This document shows positions 38,881 through 53,000 of a DNA stretch of 64,000 bases, piece by piece. The stretch is from the human T2T-CHM13v2.0 reference genome, Homo sapiens. Both the position numbers and the translations under genes were made by a program. The stretch lies in NCBI RefSeq assembly GCF_009914755.1, contig NC_060932.1; one strand, given 5' to 3'. Numbering within the stretch: the stretch's first letter is position 1; every line of letters starts with the position of its first letter. A model generated the notes under the pieces. That model was given only the letters and a program-made list of their open reading frames with translations. It made no database searches and had not been told where the DNA came from.

Positions 38881-41262
38881 AAAACCTAGACTTCACCAAA
38901 AACTATTAGAACTGATAAACAAATTCAGTAAAGTTTCAGCAGAATATAAAATCAACATACAGAAATGAGTAGCATTTCTCTATGCCAACAGTGAACAATT
39001 TGAAAAAGAAATCAAGAAAGTAATCTAATTTACAATAGCTACAAATAATATTAAATACCTAGGAATTAACTTAACCAAAGATGTGAAAGATCTCTCCAAT
39101 GAAAACTGTAAAATGTTGATGAAAGATATTGAAGAGGACAACAAAAAATCCAAATATATTTCATGTTCATGGATTGGAAGAATCAGTATTGTTAAAATGT
39201 CCATACTTCCCAAAGCAACCTACAGATTTTTTTTTTTTAAGACAGGGTCTCACTCTGTCACCCAGGCTGGAGTGCAGTGTTGTGATCATGACTCACTGCA
39301 ACCCCTGCCTACTGGGCTCAAGTGATCCTCCCACATTAGTCACCCAAATAGCTGGGACTACAGGTGTGTGCCCCCACACCTGGTTAATTTTTTTTCGTAT
39401 ATTTTGTAGAGGCAGGGTTTTGCCATGTTGCCCAGGCTGGTCTCAAATGCCTGGACTCAAGCAATCCTTCTGCCTTGGCCTCCCAAAGTGCTGGGATTAC
39501 AGGCATGAGTGCCCGTGCATGGCTTGCAATCTACAGATTTAATGCAATCTCTATCAAAATGCCAAGGACATTCTTCACAGAAATAGAAAAAGAATTCTAA
39601 AATTTATATGGAACCACAAAAAAACCAGAATAGCAAAAGCTATCCTGGGCAAAATGAACAAGATTGGAGGAATAACATTACCTAACTTCAAATGATACCA
39701 CAAAGCTATAGTAACTGAAACATCATGGTACTTGCATAAATACAGATACATAGACCAGTGGAACAGAATAGAGAACCTAGAAACAAATCCATACATCTAT
39801 AGTGAATTCATTTTTGACAAGAGTGAGTGACAAAAACATATAATGGGGAAAGGACAGTCTCTTCAATAAATAATGCTGGGAAAACTGGATATTCATATGA
39901 AGAAGAATGAAACTGGATCTCTATCTCTCACCCTATAGAAAAATCAAATCAAAATGAACTAAAGACATCTAAGTTCCCAAACTATGAAACTACCAGCAGG
40001 AAACATTGGAGAAACTCTCCAGGACATTGACTTTGGCAAGGGTTTCTTGAGTAATATCCCACAAGCACAGGCAAGCAAAGCAAAAATGGATGAATGGGAT
40101 CACATCAAGTTAAAGTTTCTGCACAGCAAAGGAAACAATCAACAAAGTGAAGAGACGACCCACAGAAAGGGAGAAAATATTGGCAAACTACTCATCTGAC
40201 GAGGGATTAATAATCAGACTATATAAGGAGCTTGAACAACTCTATAGGATAATATCTAATAATCTGATTAAAAATGAATAAAAGATCTGAATAGACTTTT
40301 CTCAAAAGAAGACGTACAAATGACAAACAGGTATATAAAAAATGTTCATCATCATTGATCATCAGAGAAATGTGAATCAAAACTACAATGAAGTATTATC
40401 TCACACCAGTTAAAATAGCTTTTATCCAAAAGACAGGTAATAACAAATGCTGTCAACAATATGGAGAAAAGGGAAGCTTCATACACTCTTGGTGGGAATG
40501 TAAATTAGTACAACCACTATGGAGAACAGTTTGAAGGTTTCTCAAAAAACAAAAAATAGAGCTATCATATGATTCAGCAATCACACTGCTAGGTATATAT
40601 CCAAAAGAAAGGAAATCAGTATATCAAAGAGAAATCTGAACTCCCATGTTTATTGCAGCACTATTCACAATAGCCAGGATTTGGTGGCAACACAAATGTC
40701 TGTGAACAGATGAATGGATAAAGAAAATGTTGTACATATACACAATGGAGTACTATTCAGCAATAAAAAGAAGGAGATCCTGTCATTTGCAAAAACATGG
40801 ATGGAACTAGAGGTCATGGTGTTAAGTGAAATAAGCCAGACACAGAAAGACAAACTTTGCATGTTCTCACTTATTTTGGGGAGCTAAAACTTAAAACAAT
40901 TGTATTCATGGAGGTAGAGAGTAGAATGACAGTTACTAGAGGCTAGAAAGGGTAGAAGGGTTGGGGCGTGAGGGGGGAGTGATTGCTGATGGGCAGAAAA
41001 AAATAGTTAGAAAGAATAACTAAGATCTAGTATTTGATAGCACAACAGAGTGACTATATTCAATAATTTAATTTTACGTTTAAACATAACTAAAAGAGTA
41101 TATTTGGATTGTTTGTAACACAAATAATAAATGCTTGAAGTGATGAATACTGCATTTACCCTGATGTAATTGTTAAACATTGTATACCTGTATCAAAATA
41201 TTCTATATACTCCATAAATATATATACCTACTATGTACCTACAAAAAATTAAAAATAAAATA
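38881..41262 (+). mobile_element. L1MA1/2-like 3' portion, interrupted by an Alu
   Basis: Degenerate ORF2; 3' end ccataaatatatatacctactatgtacctacaaaaaattaaaaat. Confidence 0.85.
39229..39523 (-). mobile_element. AluJ
   Basis: Antisense dimer with J-type features; TSD gcaacctacagattt / gcaatctacagattt. Confidence 0.92.
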
Positions 41263-43124
41263 AATTTTACATCCAAATTGAGACTTTTTTTCAACTTGCT
41301 TGGTGTTCTCATGTAATATTACTATCTCTTTTTTATAAGAAATGTGATTATTGCCCTTGATTCAAAAGGATTTATTTTGTTACCCAAGAAAGCAAAAATG
41401 CTTTGTGACACAGGTTATCTGTAGTGCTACTTAGAGAAATTGCAGTTACTGACTGTTTTCAATTCCTAGACTTTGGGAAATATTGATAGGTCCTCTCATC
41501 CTCAACTTTAGTGTTACTAATAACTGTAGAGCTGGTGAAACTGTCTGGAGCTTAGGTTCACAGAGGTGAGTCAGAGGATTTTAATCTTTTGGATTTTAAC
41601 ATAATGGCTTTTCTCATATTAGGCCCCTTCAGGAAGAAGAAAATACGAAAAAAACCTGTTCTTAAAATTCAAAGAAGGTTTACTAGCTAACTTCAGAAAG
41701 ATGCTGGAAAGTGATTAATTTTTATACAACATATTTCAAAATGTACTAGTTAATAAGAGGAATGCTATCCAGAGTGGAAACAACTTTTTCAAAAGCTCAT
41801 TATCCTGGAGTCTTGCACATCAATGCTCATGATTTCCTGGGTACAGTAATAGCAACCCCTATTTATGCACTACTTGCCATTTGAGGTTTTTAAAATGATA
41901 AATAGCTGCCGTTTGGAATCTGCCTCTAGTTTGAATACCAAAATGACAGTATAGTTCAGAACTTCATGGTTCACCTACTGGATATGTCTTGTTTACTGTT
42001 GAAATGTTCTAATCTTCATTTCCATGATAATGACAACAAAAAGGAGACCAGTGTTCTTTACCAATGAAGCTGCAGTCACACCAGAATTATCTTTTTATAA
42101 AACATCAGAGTGACAGGGATTATGGTTGCTTTTATGTTCTGGGAATTACTTAATTTTAACAACTTAGAGAGATGCCACTACTATGAATCTGGGTATTTTC
42201 TTTTTTCTTATCATGCCTAGCATTGCTTATTTTTATAATTTGTTGCTTTCTGAACCTAGGGGAAAAAGATCTATTTATATATTTTCCCCTCAGAAACAAT
42301 ACCAATTTGGTAGATATCTCAATAACTTACCTAGTTTTTCAAGATGAAAGTGATATACTAGTAGAATGATTGATTATATAATTCATGTAGAAGACCATGG
42401 GGCTAGAATTCCCTAATCCCTTTGGAGTCAAAATGGGAGATGAATGGGAGTAGAGGGCTACCAATGACTCTGAAAAGATGGTGCACTGACTTTTGATAAA
42501 GGATTAAGAAAAGATCCTGTCTCATTAAATATATCTGTGTTCACCTAGTATTACAGTGGGTCATTTTACATATGTGTCAATTATAGCTTTTTTCCGTTTG
42601 TAAATGTCATGAAACTAGTGATTTGACTTTTAAAAAATTATTATATTCAACAACTGATATCCAAGTAGAAAAAAAGTGACCAGCTGCTGTTATAGTGCAC
42701 TATTCCAAAGCTGCCTTATCTACACACAAGAAAGATTACCGACTCAATTTTCGAAATAGTGTAAAAAAAGAGGAAGGTGAATATTACGTAATGTTATAAC
42801 AATAGGAAACGTTGAGCAAATAAGTTAATCATAATTATTGTAAATTCTTCACTGCAAAAATAGAATAACTACTACTGTCTGATTTTTTAAAAAACAAAAT
42901 GTGGAATAAAATACAAAGTAAGACATAGCATTGACAGGTTACAAAAAGGATAATAGTATTTTTTTCAAATCTAAGAAATTACGTATTGATGATGTGCGAG
43001 CTACCTCTGCTCTGCCTGAAAATAGAATTTACAGAGTTAGAAGAATGTGGAAGGAAGAAGAGAGACACCTTAGAATTACCGTTATTCCATATGGGAGGTG
43101 AATTCCGTATTCCTGAGATTGTAG

Positions 43125-43577
<453 letters not shown>

Positions 43578-43920
43578 TTATTATTCTATTCCCATGGTCT
43601 TCTACAAGGAGAAAGGGTGGAAGGTGGCTCCTTTGCCCTCACGGTGCCTTCAGAAAAAATGTTGCCTCTTAACGTAAACGTAATTAAATATATTTTAAAA
43701 ATACTTAATATGTATTTTAAAAATCTAACAAGTTCAAAACATCTTTAAATATAATATGATTTAATATTAATTAGTGGGTTTGAAATTGATAATTTTCTGT
43801 AACAATACTTAGTCCTCCCTTCCAAAATGGAAATTATACAACTTGACCAATGTTCTATGTGAAAATAATTTCCTTGATTTCTATTTACTATGAGCATCTG
43901 CATAGGAGTGTTATTCTTTC

Positions 43921-45540
43921 TTATGCTTATGAATCTAGTTAATTGTTCAAACTGTGCTAGAGAATAAGTATTTTGGCATACATATTTCATTAGATTCATT
44001 TACAACATAGATGGTTTCCAATGGGAATTTCTTACGCTAACCCGATTATCAAAAAAAGATGAAAATCTGTATCATCTGCTTTCAAGTCTAGTGTTATGTC
44101 AAAATACATTTTTCAATTATGCATTTAATTATTCAGCTAATGGGTTTCATAAATAGTAGAGATTTCATTTTAAATTATTTTTATAAATAGTTCCAAAACA
44201 TGTTTTTTTTGTTGTTGTTTTTTGTTTGTTTGTTTTGTTTTTGAGACAGTATCTCTGTTGCCCAGGCTGGAGTGTAGTGGCGGAATCTGGGCTTACTGCA
44301 AACTCTGCCCCCGGGGTTCAAGTGATTCTTGTGCCTCAGCCTTCCGAGTAGCTGGGATCATAAGTGTGCACCACCATGCCTGGCTTATTTTTGTATTTTT
44401 AGTAGAGATGAGGTTTTGCCATGTTGGCCAGACTGGTCTGAAGCTCCTGGCCTTCAGTGATCTGCCTGCCTCGGTCTCCCAGAGTGCTGGGATTATAGGA
44501 TTGAGCCATCGTGCCCGGCCCAAAAACATGTTTTTCAATTATTATTTTTCTCGTGAAGACATATAATCGACCTATGTTTACACATGTATGTTCTCTATAC
44601 AGTGAAACTTTTTAAAGAGAGAATAGTATGGAAAATTAAAAAGCTCTGGCTCTCCGAGGCAAAGGCAGAGAAAGGGCAACATTTTGTTATGCCTCCTGAT
44701 TTTACTCCTTGAGTTTTATTTTCTCCCCTTGTCTATTTTTTTAATGCTAGAAACTGTATTCTTAAGGGAGCATACCTCTTCAGGCAAGCATGATAAATGA
44801 CAGATTTTAATACGGTGTGACCATATAGTTGAGAAGTAATTACCTAATAAAGACAATAATGTTACTATTTCGATTATTTTGGGGGGGGGGGCATTAGTTT
44901 TACATCATCTAAAACAAAATCCAGGTTTCAAATTCACCGGTAGTAAATATATTAACTTTCTGGATCAAAATGGAGAGCCTCTCAAGATAAAGAGTTGTGC
45001 AGTCAGCAATGACAAATTAGTCAGGATAGCAGGAACCTGGGGTCAAGCCTATTTTCACCATTTTGGTCTCACCACCGTATATAAGCAGGACCATAGTTGT
45101 GTAGCACTTGTTTCTGACATCAGTGTGGCATATCTCTGTAGCACTGTCTTTGTCACGGATATTGCTCTGGGTAGCAGGAACTCTAATTATCCAGTTCCAC
45201 TTCTGTAGGATCACATTTTTTACAGAGGTATGACAAATGGTACACAAATTTGGTTCTCAACCTTGAGATGGGATCAGAGATATTCTTCTTGTTGTCCAGG
45301 AGAACAGCAATTTGGATGTTTCTCTCCACAATGCCGTCATTAGGTTCTTTGGTAGAAGAGATGATGGTGAAAATAACCTGGGCCCACTTATATTTGTCAT
45401 CAACAAGAATGATCCTCTCATCTTCATCTTGGTGTCACAAGAACAGCCTTAACAAAAATGGCCTGGACTGTCCAGAAAAGAAGATAGTTCTTTATCTTGA
45501 CTTCAGTTCTCTTGAAAACCCAAATTCTAAAATGAGTCAG
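43921..45540 (-). pseudogene. IGJP1: Processed immunoglobulin J chain (JCHAIN/IGJ) pseudogene; CDS remnant 45495->45017; Alu inserted in the 3'UTR; probably IGJP1 (name from recall)
   Basis: Intronless match to J chain: DERIILVD.., IVERNI, ISDP, LCKKCDPTEVELDN, ATQSNI..DSATE.C....NKCYT....YGGETKMV...LTP..CYPD-stop; start codon mutated to ATA; 3'UTR traceable across the Alu to ...gattcataagcataa. Confidence 0.93.
44204..44520 (-). mobile_element. Alu (old S/J type) inside the JCHAIN pseudogene 3'UTR
   Basis: Antisense dimer; TSD caaaacatgttttt / caaaaacatgttttt. Confidence 0.93.
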
Positions 45541-46339
45541 ACACTTCCTCCAAGGTTTAATATAGAATTATAACTAAACACATTTCAGAAAGAATAAAGG
45601 ACAAGGAAGTAAGTCAAGAATAATTCCATTTGCAGAAAGAGGGCCTGCTGCCTTGTTTTATTTTATTTTTTTGACCCAGGAAAGGTAAGGGCCCATTAGC
45701 AAAGTAGAACCAACATTTAAATACATAAGCAAACATGAAGGCTTTTGTCTTTTCCTCTCAGTTTTGAATCCTTGGTGTCATGTGGGAAGTGGATTGGTTT
45801 CACATCTAAAATAGGAGAAGGAAGGAATGAAGGAGTTGTCAGTGACCTAAGATAAATATCTGATGCATACTAATTTTTTAGTGTTACCAGAGTGGTCCCA
45901 AACTCCTTAGCGTTCTGAGCTCAACATGATTGTAATATTTAATTAAATAGTTTGTGTCCCTCTTTTGCATTTTGTGGCAGAAAGGATACGATTCTCCTGT
46001 CTTGGTGGAATTTGGGGAGTGGATCTGGAGGCGCTGCAGTTGCTCATCATCACCTGTGAGCTTAAACTTTCATTTCTTTCTGCAAGCCTCTCCTAGCCCT
46101 CTTCCCAACATTTCATCATTTGCCCATGCTGCTCCTGCTCCTTGTTTATTTCTACCCAAAATGCCAAGAAAAACTCTCCATAATGCCCCAAGTTTAGGAA
46201 CTGACTTTTCCCTCATAAGTTGGAAAAACAAATCTTCATATTGTTTTTGCATATGGAACTACTTAGATACTTTCAACCTGGAAATTGTCTTTCATAATCA
46301 AAAGGATCATACATATGTGCTTTTCTAAACCTACTGATC

Positions 46340-47215
46340 TTAAACTGTTGGATGTCAGGACCTCCTTTTACTCTTAAATTACCCAGGGCCCTAGAGAGCT
46401 TTTCTTTATGTGGTTATATCTACCGCTATTTATCCTACTAGTAATTAAATGAGAAATATTAAAAATATTTCTGTGATCTGAATATTTGTAACACCACAAA
46501 AATTTATTTGAAGAAACCTAATCCACAATGTTATACTATTAACAGGTGGGGTCTTTAGGAGGTCATTAGGTCATGAGGGCAGAGCCTTCAGTAATGGGAT
46601 TAGTTCTCTTATAAAAAAGCCATAAAGGAAATGATTTGCCCCTTCTGTCTTTAAGGACACAGAGAGAAGGTACCATCTACCAGATGTCGAATCTGCTGGA
46701 GCTTTATGGTGGACTTCCTATACCCTAAAAATGTGAGAAATAAATTTCTGTTGTTAATAAGCCATTATGGTACTTTTGTTATAATAGCCTGAATAGACTA
46801 AAATAAGTATTTAAGTATTAAAATAGTACATTATGATATATTAATTCAATATATAATTATTCAGAAAAAACAGTACAATTTCAGTTATGCAAGATAAATT
46901 CTAAAGAACTGCTGTACATTATGTCTGCAATTAACAATATTGCACTGTGCACCTAAAAATCTGTTAAGAAGGTAGATGTCATGTGTTCTTATAGCAATAA
47001 AATTAACAATAATACATTTATTGCAGTTTAATATGTATAACATTTTTAGGAAAAATAATTGTATATTGCAAAACAAAAAATTGTAGTGAGAATGGTGGCA
47101 TTGTACATTTTCACAGATCCTTTTCTTATCTGGCTTATTCATAGATGATAGTAGAGTCTCATTTCTGCTTCTACATTTACACTATTGCAATATGTTGTTT
47201 TGGTTGAGGTTTATT
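46340..47215. mobile_element. hAT-Charlie-like DNA transposon remnant with a nested MaLR LTR and a short L1MA 3' piece (~46860-47000)
   Basis: caggacc...agagcttttctttatgtgg motif; resumes after the LTR with gtgagaatggtggcattgt. Confidence 0.5.
46472..46805 (+). mobile_element. MST/MLT1A-type MaLR solo LTR
   Basis: tgtgatctgaat...ggtcatgagggcagagcc...gagaaataaatttctgttg...gcctgaatagactaa. Confidence 0.8.
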
Positions 47216-47902
47216 AAAAAGTCTGGAGAAGTTTCTAAAGTATAGGAAGTATCCGAAGAAGCATATGAAGAAAATATTCTGGGGAGAGTACAGTCACTTC
47301 CGCTGTGAAGGCACAGATGAGTTCCTAAAAAGCACTGAGCTATGCAAAACAGTGCTTTTAAAAATACAGGGTTTATAAGGAAATGAGTTTAGGAATATAG
47401 TGCTCGGAAACTTTTCTGACACACACAAAAACCAGATACTAATCTAATTAAAAAGCAGGGCTCTTATAAAAATGGTAGCACAGTTTTAGACATTAAATAG
47501 GCAAGAAATGAATGAATTCAATGATAAATACAGCATGACCTTATCGGAAATTTATTTGTGGAACCAGGTGTCTTCACTCCCACCTGGCTGGTCTACCTGG
47601 CTCCCAAGTCCACCACTCTACAGGCAAAAGGAAGAGAACACAAGAGAGATGAAGAGAGAAAAAGGAAGGTGAACACAGAGGGAAAAAGCAAAATAGGCTG
47701 AGAGGAAATGAGGAAATTAAAGAGAGGGAGGTTGGGGGCCTCTTTAGTGTCCTCGGTAGTTAGAAGGATTGCACCTTGTGAGTTTTTGTAAAGTGCTGGC
47801 GGGAAAGTGATGTGAAATTGAATGGAATATGGTAACACCATGTGTGGATGGGTGTGGCCCAATGTCCTCGTGAAGTGTGTGTCTGAGTGGGATGTTTGTA
47901 TT

Positions 47903-48060
47903 TGTAGGAGGGAAAAAGTAATATCTCTTCCTTACCTATCACAAGGTTTGCAGCTGACACTCCTATAATGAAAGGTAGATTAACAAGAGGAAAGCATAAC
48001 AAATTTAATAAAGTTTTGTGTGGCACAGGAGACTTCAGAAATGGAGATCCAGAATGAATG
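47903..48060. mobile_element. ERV1 LTR fragment (MER31/MER67-like)
   Basis: tgtaggagggaaaaa...agattaacaagaggaaagcataacaaattt. Confidence 0.45.
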
Positions 48061-50182
48061 AAGGATAGTTTCTCAAAAAGGATATTGAGCAACTGTCTCT
48101 TTCTTCCTTTTATCTCCCTTTCTGTCTCTGTCTCTCTGTCTCTGTCTCTGTCTCTCCCTCTCTCACACACACATGCACACAAACGTACATGAGCATGTAG
48201 TGTACCAGGTCTCCTATGAAGTACATCTTATTTTAGTTTGTGAGACACAGTCATACGAAACCCAAATTTGGAATAATTTTGTAATCATCAAGACAGAGTA
48301 GAGTACCATTAATCTTATATATTGGATATTCCAGTAGTTTTGTATATTAACTCATGGTAAATTGAGAATTAAGAATACCGTATTTCATATTATTTGAGAA
48401 AATTATTCACTTTTAGGTTATTTTCTTTAATGTACCTTGGAATAAAAGCTTCACTTCAGACCCTCGGAAATGCTGGATGAAGGTAAAAATTACTTTGAAT
48501 GCTTCTGAAACTATAAAAATACTGCCTAGGGTGTTCTCTATTGATTATATATGCAGATTACCTTTTTAACTGCCTCTCTTATGCGGTATTAATTTGTGCT
48601 TGGAATATTTTATGTCTTGATAACTTGATTGATTTGGAGCAAAGTCAGTAAAACACAGATCTTTATTTTATTTAAGTAAAATTCAATAGAAAGGCTTTCA
48701 TCTGACATCAGTCAGATTTTATTGAGGGTTTGATATAATTCCTTTTGATATAATATCTCATTTCATTAATAACAAATATAGGAATATATGCCAGATTCTG
48801 AAATGAATTATAATCGGAGCCATAGATATTTTTCTAAACCACATTCAAGTGTCAATTCACTTCCATTTCAACTAGCTTGATAAATAATCATACCCTAAGT
48901 TTACACAGTTTCATATTCATTACCATATTTTTTCCTAATAACAACCCCCAAAGCAGGTAAAAGTCATACTAGCATAAAACTTGACATGACAAGGTTATCT
49001 GCAGTGGTTTGGAGCATCTGGAGAGAGGCCAGAACCTCCATCTTGGAGTGGGACTGAACAGTAGGGATAGAAGTGTTTGGGAACTTGAAAGGGTAGAGGT
49101 AGGAGCACAGAACGGTTTCAGATTCCAGAGGAAACTCAAGTCAGATGTATAGGTTATGGTACACAAAGTGTGTGTCTATGGATGATTGTCTAATATGTTC
49201 AGTTCCCATATGTGGGCAGGGAGTTTACCTGACAGGAAAGCCACAAGCACCTGTGCCACAAAAGGTTACTGGAAACAGGGAGAACTAGACTAGAGTGATC
49301 AGAAGGAGGAGTATGATCATATCATTATTAGGAGTACACATACAGGTCACCTACAGAGCTGGGTAAATGTGCACTGTGTGATTGGGTAGGTCCAGGATGG
49401 GGCTGTGGCATGTTTGTTTTAAAGCCACAGAAATGATACACTTGGTCTATGGTGAGAACCATGACTTAAATAAGAGTTCGGTGTGGGGTAGCAGCATTCA
49501 TGACATAGCTAGGAGCCAATGGTAGACTTGGGCAGAAAAGGCAGGGCTCTAGAAACTCTAAGAGTTGAGGGATAGATTGCAGTGCCCTGTAAAATATCTC
49601 AGGGTGAATGTTTCAGAGCAATTATGGTCATACTTCTTTCTTTTTGAAAGGACACAGTGATGAATTCCATTGTGTATGTGTGTGTGTGTGTCTGTGTATG
49701 TGTGTGTGCTGGCCATGTGTCAGAACAATAGGTCCACCAAACTGTAGGCATAGGGCTGGTTGAGGCATGTTAATACTAGGGAGGTAAATTATTAGTCTGT
49801 GGGTTTTGCAAAAATGCAGTTGTCAGCAATGGGCAATTTATAACCAGTGTCTCTCAAAAATTCAGACAAGACATTAGCTTCAGGGATATCTATCATGAGT
49901 AAAGGGACCCCAAACACTCAAAAGATTCAGAGTCAAATACTTATTTGAGAAAAATGGGAAGAGAAAATCAAGAGACATATTTAAGTCATAATATTCAATA
50001 GCAAAATTGGGCTAGAGATATAAAGAGACAATTCATAGTAAAAGCACTAATGAGAAAACAAACAAACAAACAAAAACACATAAGAAAAGTTGTCCAAACT
50101 TTCTGATACTAGCAATAATAATTAAAGTAAGGAGATAATTTAATTTTATTAAATTAGCAAAAGTTAAAAAGTAATAGAATCA

Positions 50183-50526
50183 GTATTAATTTCCTATGAC
50201 TGTTGAAACAAATTATCACAAACTAGGAGGCTTAAGGCAACACAGATTTATTCTCTTACAGTTCTGGAGGTCAGAAATCTGAAATCAGTTTCACTGGACT
50301 ACAGTCAAGGTATTAGCAGGGCTGGTTGCTTTCAGAGGCTCTAGGAGGAGAATTGGAGGAGAGAGGAATTAGCTTCTAGTCTTTTCTAGCTTCTGGAGGC
50401 CACCTACTTTCCTTGGCTGGTGACTCCTTCCTCTTAGTAACTACTCCAATCTCTTGGTTCATCATCACACTGCCTATTTATGTATCAAAGCTCTCTCCAA
50501 TAAAGACACTTGTGATTACATTTGGG
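50183..50526 (-). mobile_element. MLT1/MST MaLR LTR, truncated at a hairpin junction
   Basis: cacaaactaggaggcttaa...tttattctcttacagttctggagg...gacacttgtgattacatt. Confidence 0.8.
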
Positions 50527-50581
50527 AATGTAATCACAAATGTAATGAGGAGAGAATACTCTCCTCATTAGGCTTGTATTC

Positions 50582-51641
50582 TTTTTTAAAAATTTTAAGT
50601 TCTGGGATACATGTGCAGAACGTGCAGTTTTGTTACATGGGTATACATGTGCCATAGTGATTTGCTGCACCTATGAACCCATCATCTAGGTTTTAAGCAC
50701 CCCATGCATTAGGTATTTGCCCTAATACCTAATGGGATCATTAGGTATTAGGGATACCTTATGGGATCATTAGGTATTAGGGATACCTTATGGGGTATCC
50801 CGAATGATTGGGATCATTCGAACCCAAGAGTTTGAGATCAGCCTGGGCAACATAGAGTGACCCCATCTCTACAGAAGTTTTTTTAAAAATTAGCTGTGCA
50901 TGGTGGTGCATGGCTGTGGTCCTAGCTACAAGGGGAACTAAAGCAGGAGGATCACTTGAGCCCAGGAAGTCAAGGCTGCAGTGAGAGGTGTTTGTGCTGC
51001 TTCACTCCAGCTTGGGCAACAGAGCAAGACTCTGTCTCAAAAAAAGAAAAAAAATGTTGTTATAAAGGAAGGAATTTCAAAACACAGCCATTTTCAAATT
51101 CTTGACAATTGTTGAATCTGGGCAAAGTAGCATACAGTAGCATAAAATCCTCCCCCTCCCCTTGACCCTTACCCCCTGACAGGCCCCAGTGTGTGATGTT
51201 TCCCTCTCTGTGTCATGTGTTCTCATTGTTCAACTCCCACTTATGAGTAAGAACATGCAGTGCTTGGTTTTCTGTTCCTGTGTTAGTTTGCTGAGAATGA
51301 TAGCTTCTAGGTTCATCCATGTCCCTGCAAAAAACATGAACTCATTATTTTTTATGGCTACATAGTATTCTATGGGATATATGTGCCAGATTTTCTTCAT
51401 CCAGTCTATCATTGATGGGCATTTGCTATAGTAAATAGTGCTGCAATAAACATATGTGTGCATGTTTCTTTATAGAATGATTTGTAATCCTTTGAGTATA
51501 TACCCAGTAATGAAACTGCTGTGTCAAATGGTATTTCTGGTTCTAGATCCTTGAGGAATCACCACACTGTTCTGTTTTCCACAATGGTTGAATTTATTTA
51601 CACTCCCACCAACAGTGTAAAAGCGTTCCTATTTCTCTACA
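50582..51641 (-). mobile_element. L1PA8-like 3' end with a foreign insert at ~50722-51150
   Basis: Antisense L1 3'UTR and ORF2 end; TSD taggcttgtattcttt at 50569-50584 and 51642-51657. Confidence 0.9.
50810..51054 (+). mobile_element. 5'-truncated AluJ within the foreign insert
   Basis: gggatcattcgaaccc...cagcctgggcaacatag...ttgagcccaggaagtcaaggctgcagtgag...A-tail; no TSD. Confidence 0.88.
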
Positions 51642-52199
51642 TAGGCTTGTATTCTTTGAGTCTGGTTTCTTTCTCTTAACATGAAGTTTGTTGCAAGAGG
51701 CTGCAGTTAACTTACTTTCATTGCTAATAGTATTACATTGTAGGGAATACCATAATTTAATCTACTTTAGTACTAATGCAAATGTGGATTGTTTTCATTT
51801 TTTGATTTCTTAAAAAAGCAATGCATCTACACTTCTCTTCTAAATTGATGTTTATACTCTCTCCTAGCCAGTCAAGAAGTTTAGACTGCTTTAACCCCAT
51901 GTAATCTCTTTCTGTCTTCAATCCTATTGCCATGTTATTTTAATTCTCTTTATATTTTAAACCTCTCAAGACATTAAAAAACTTTAGACAGTCATTATTC
52001 ATTTGGGTATACCCACATATTTACTATTTTAATTTCATTTATTCTTTGTTGTAGCTCTTCTTTTTTTTACTAGATTGTTATCATTTTGCCTAAAGAATAC
52101 TCTTTCTTTCATTTACCATGAATCTGCTAGCAACAAATCATCTTAGTTTCCATTTATCTGAAAATGTCTTCATTTTTATCTTAATTCTTGAAAATAAAA

Positions 52200-53000
52200 T
52201 TTAATTATTGTTCTTGTATGCATGGCTTAATTTTTTAAAATTTAATGTATATATTTAAGGTAAACAACATGATTTTTCAATAGACTATTTTTAGAGCAGT
52301 TTAGGTCCACAGTAAATTTGGGCAGAAGGTATAGAGATTTCCCATATGCCTCTTCCCCGAAACATGTATAACCTCCCCCATTATCAACATCCTCCACCAG
52401 AGTGGGACATTTTTTACAATTGATGAGCCTACATTGACACATCATCATCATCCAAAGCCCATAGTTCACGTTAGGGGTCACACTTGGTGTTGTACATGCC
52501 TGAGGGAACTGATTGAACACATGTGAAGCTGTGTCCAAACTGTGACCAGATTAATTGGAAAAATGTAAAATGACATGTATCCACCATTGTAGTATCATAT
52601 AAAGTAGTTTCACTGCTATAAAAATTCTCTATGCCTCATCTATTCATCCTTCCCTTCTATAAACCCTGGCAACCACTAATGTTTTTACTGTCTCCATAGT
52701 TTTGCATTTTCCAGAATGTTGTATAGTTGGCATCAAACAGTATGTAGCTTTTGCAGATTGACTTCTTTCATTTATAATACACTGTTATTAACTGTAGTCC
52801 CCATGTACAACATGATGTTTTTATATACACGTACATTTCAATACTGAAATGATTATGGCAGCCAAGCCAATTAACATATCCTTCAGGCACAGGTACAGTT
52901 TTTTGTGGTAAGAGCACCTAAAATATATCCTTTTAGCAAATTTCCAGCATACAATGCAATATTAACTATAGTCCTCGTGATGTATATTAGATATCTAGAA
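52200..53000 (-). mobile_element. Nested old L1 (L1MC within L1MA) 3' ends
   Basis: Antisense L1MC 3'UTR (tagactatttttagagcagtttagg...gacatgtatccaccatt). Confidence 0.75.

Noticed and set aside
50722-50810. Short repeated units resembling a CRISPR-like or minisatellite array
   Set aside because: Only about two units, no unique spacers, eukaryotic context; explained by local fold-back copying
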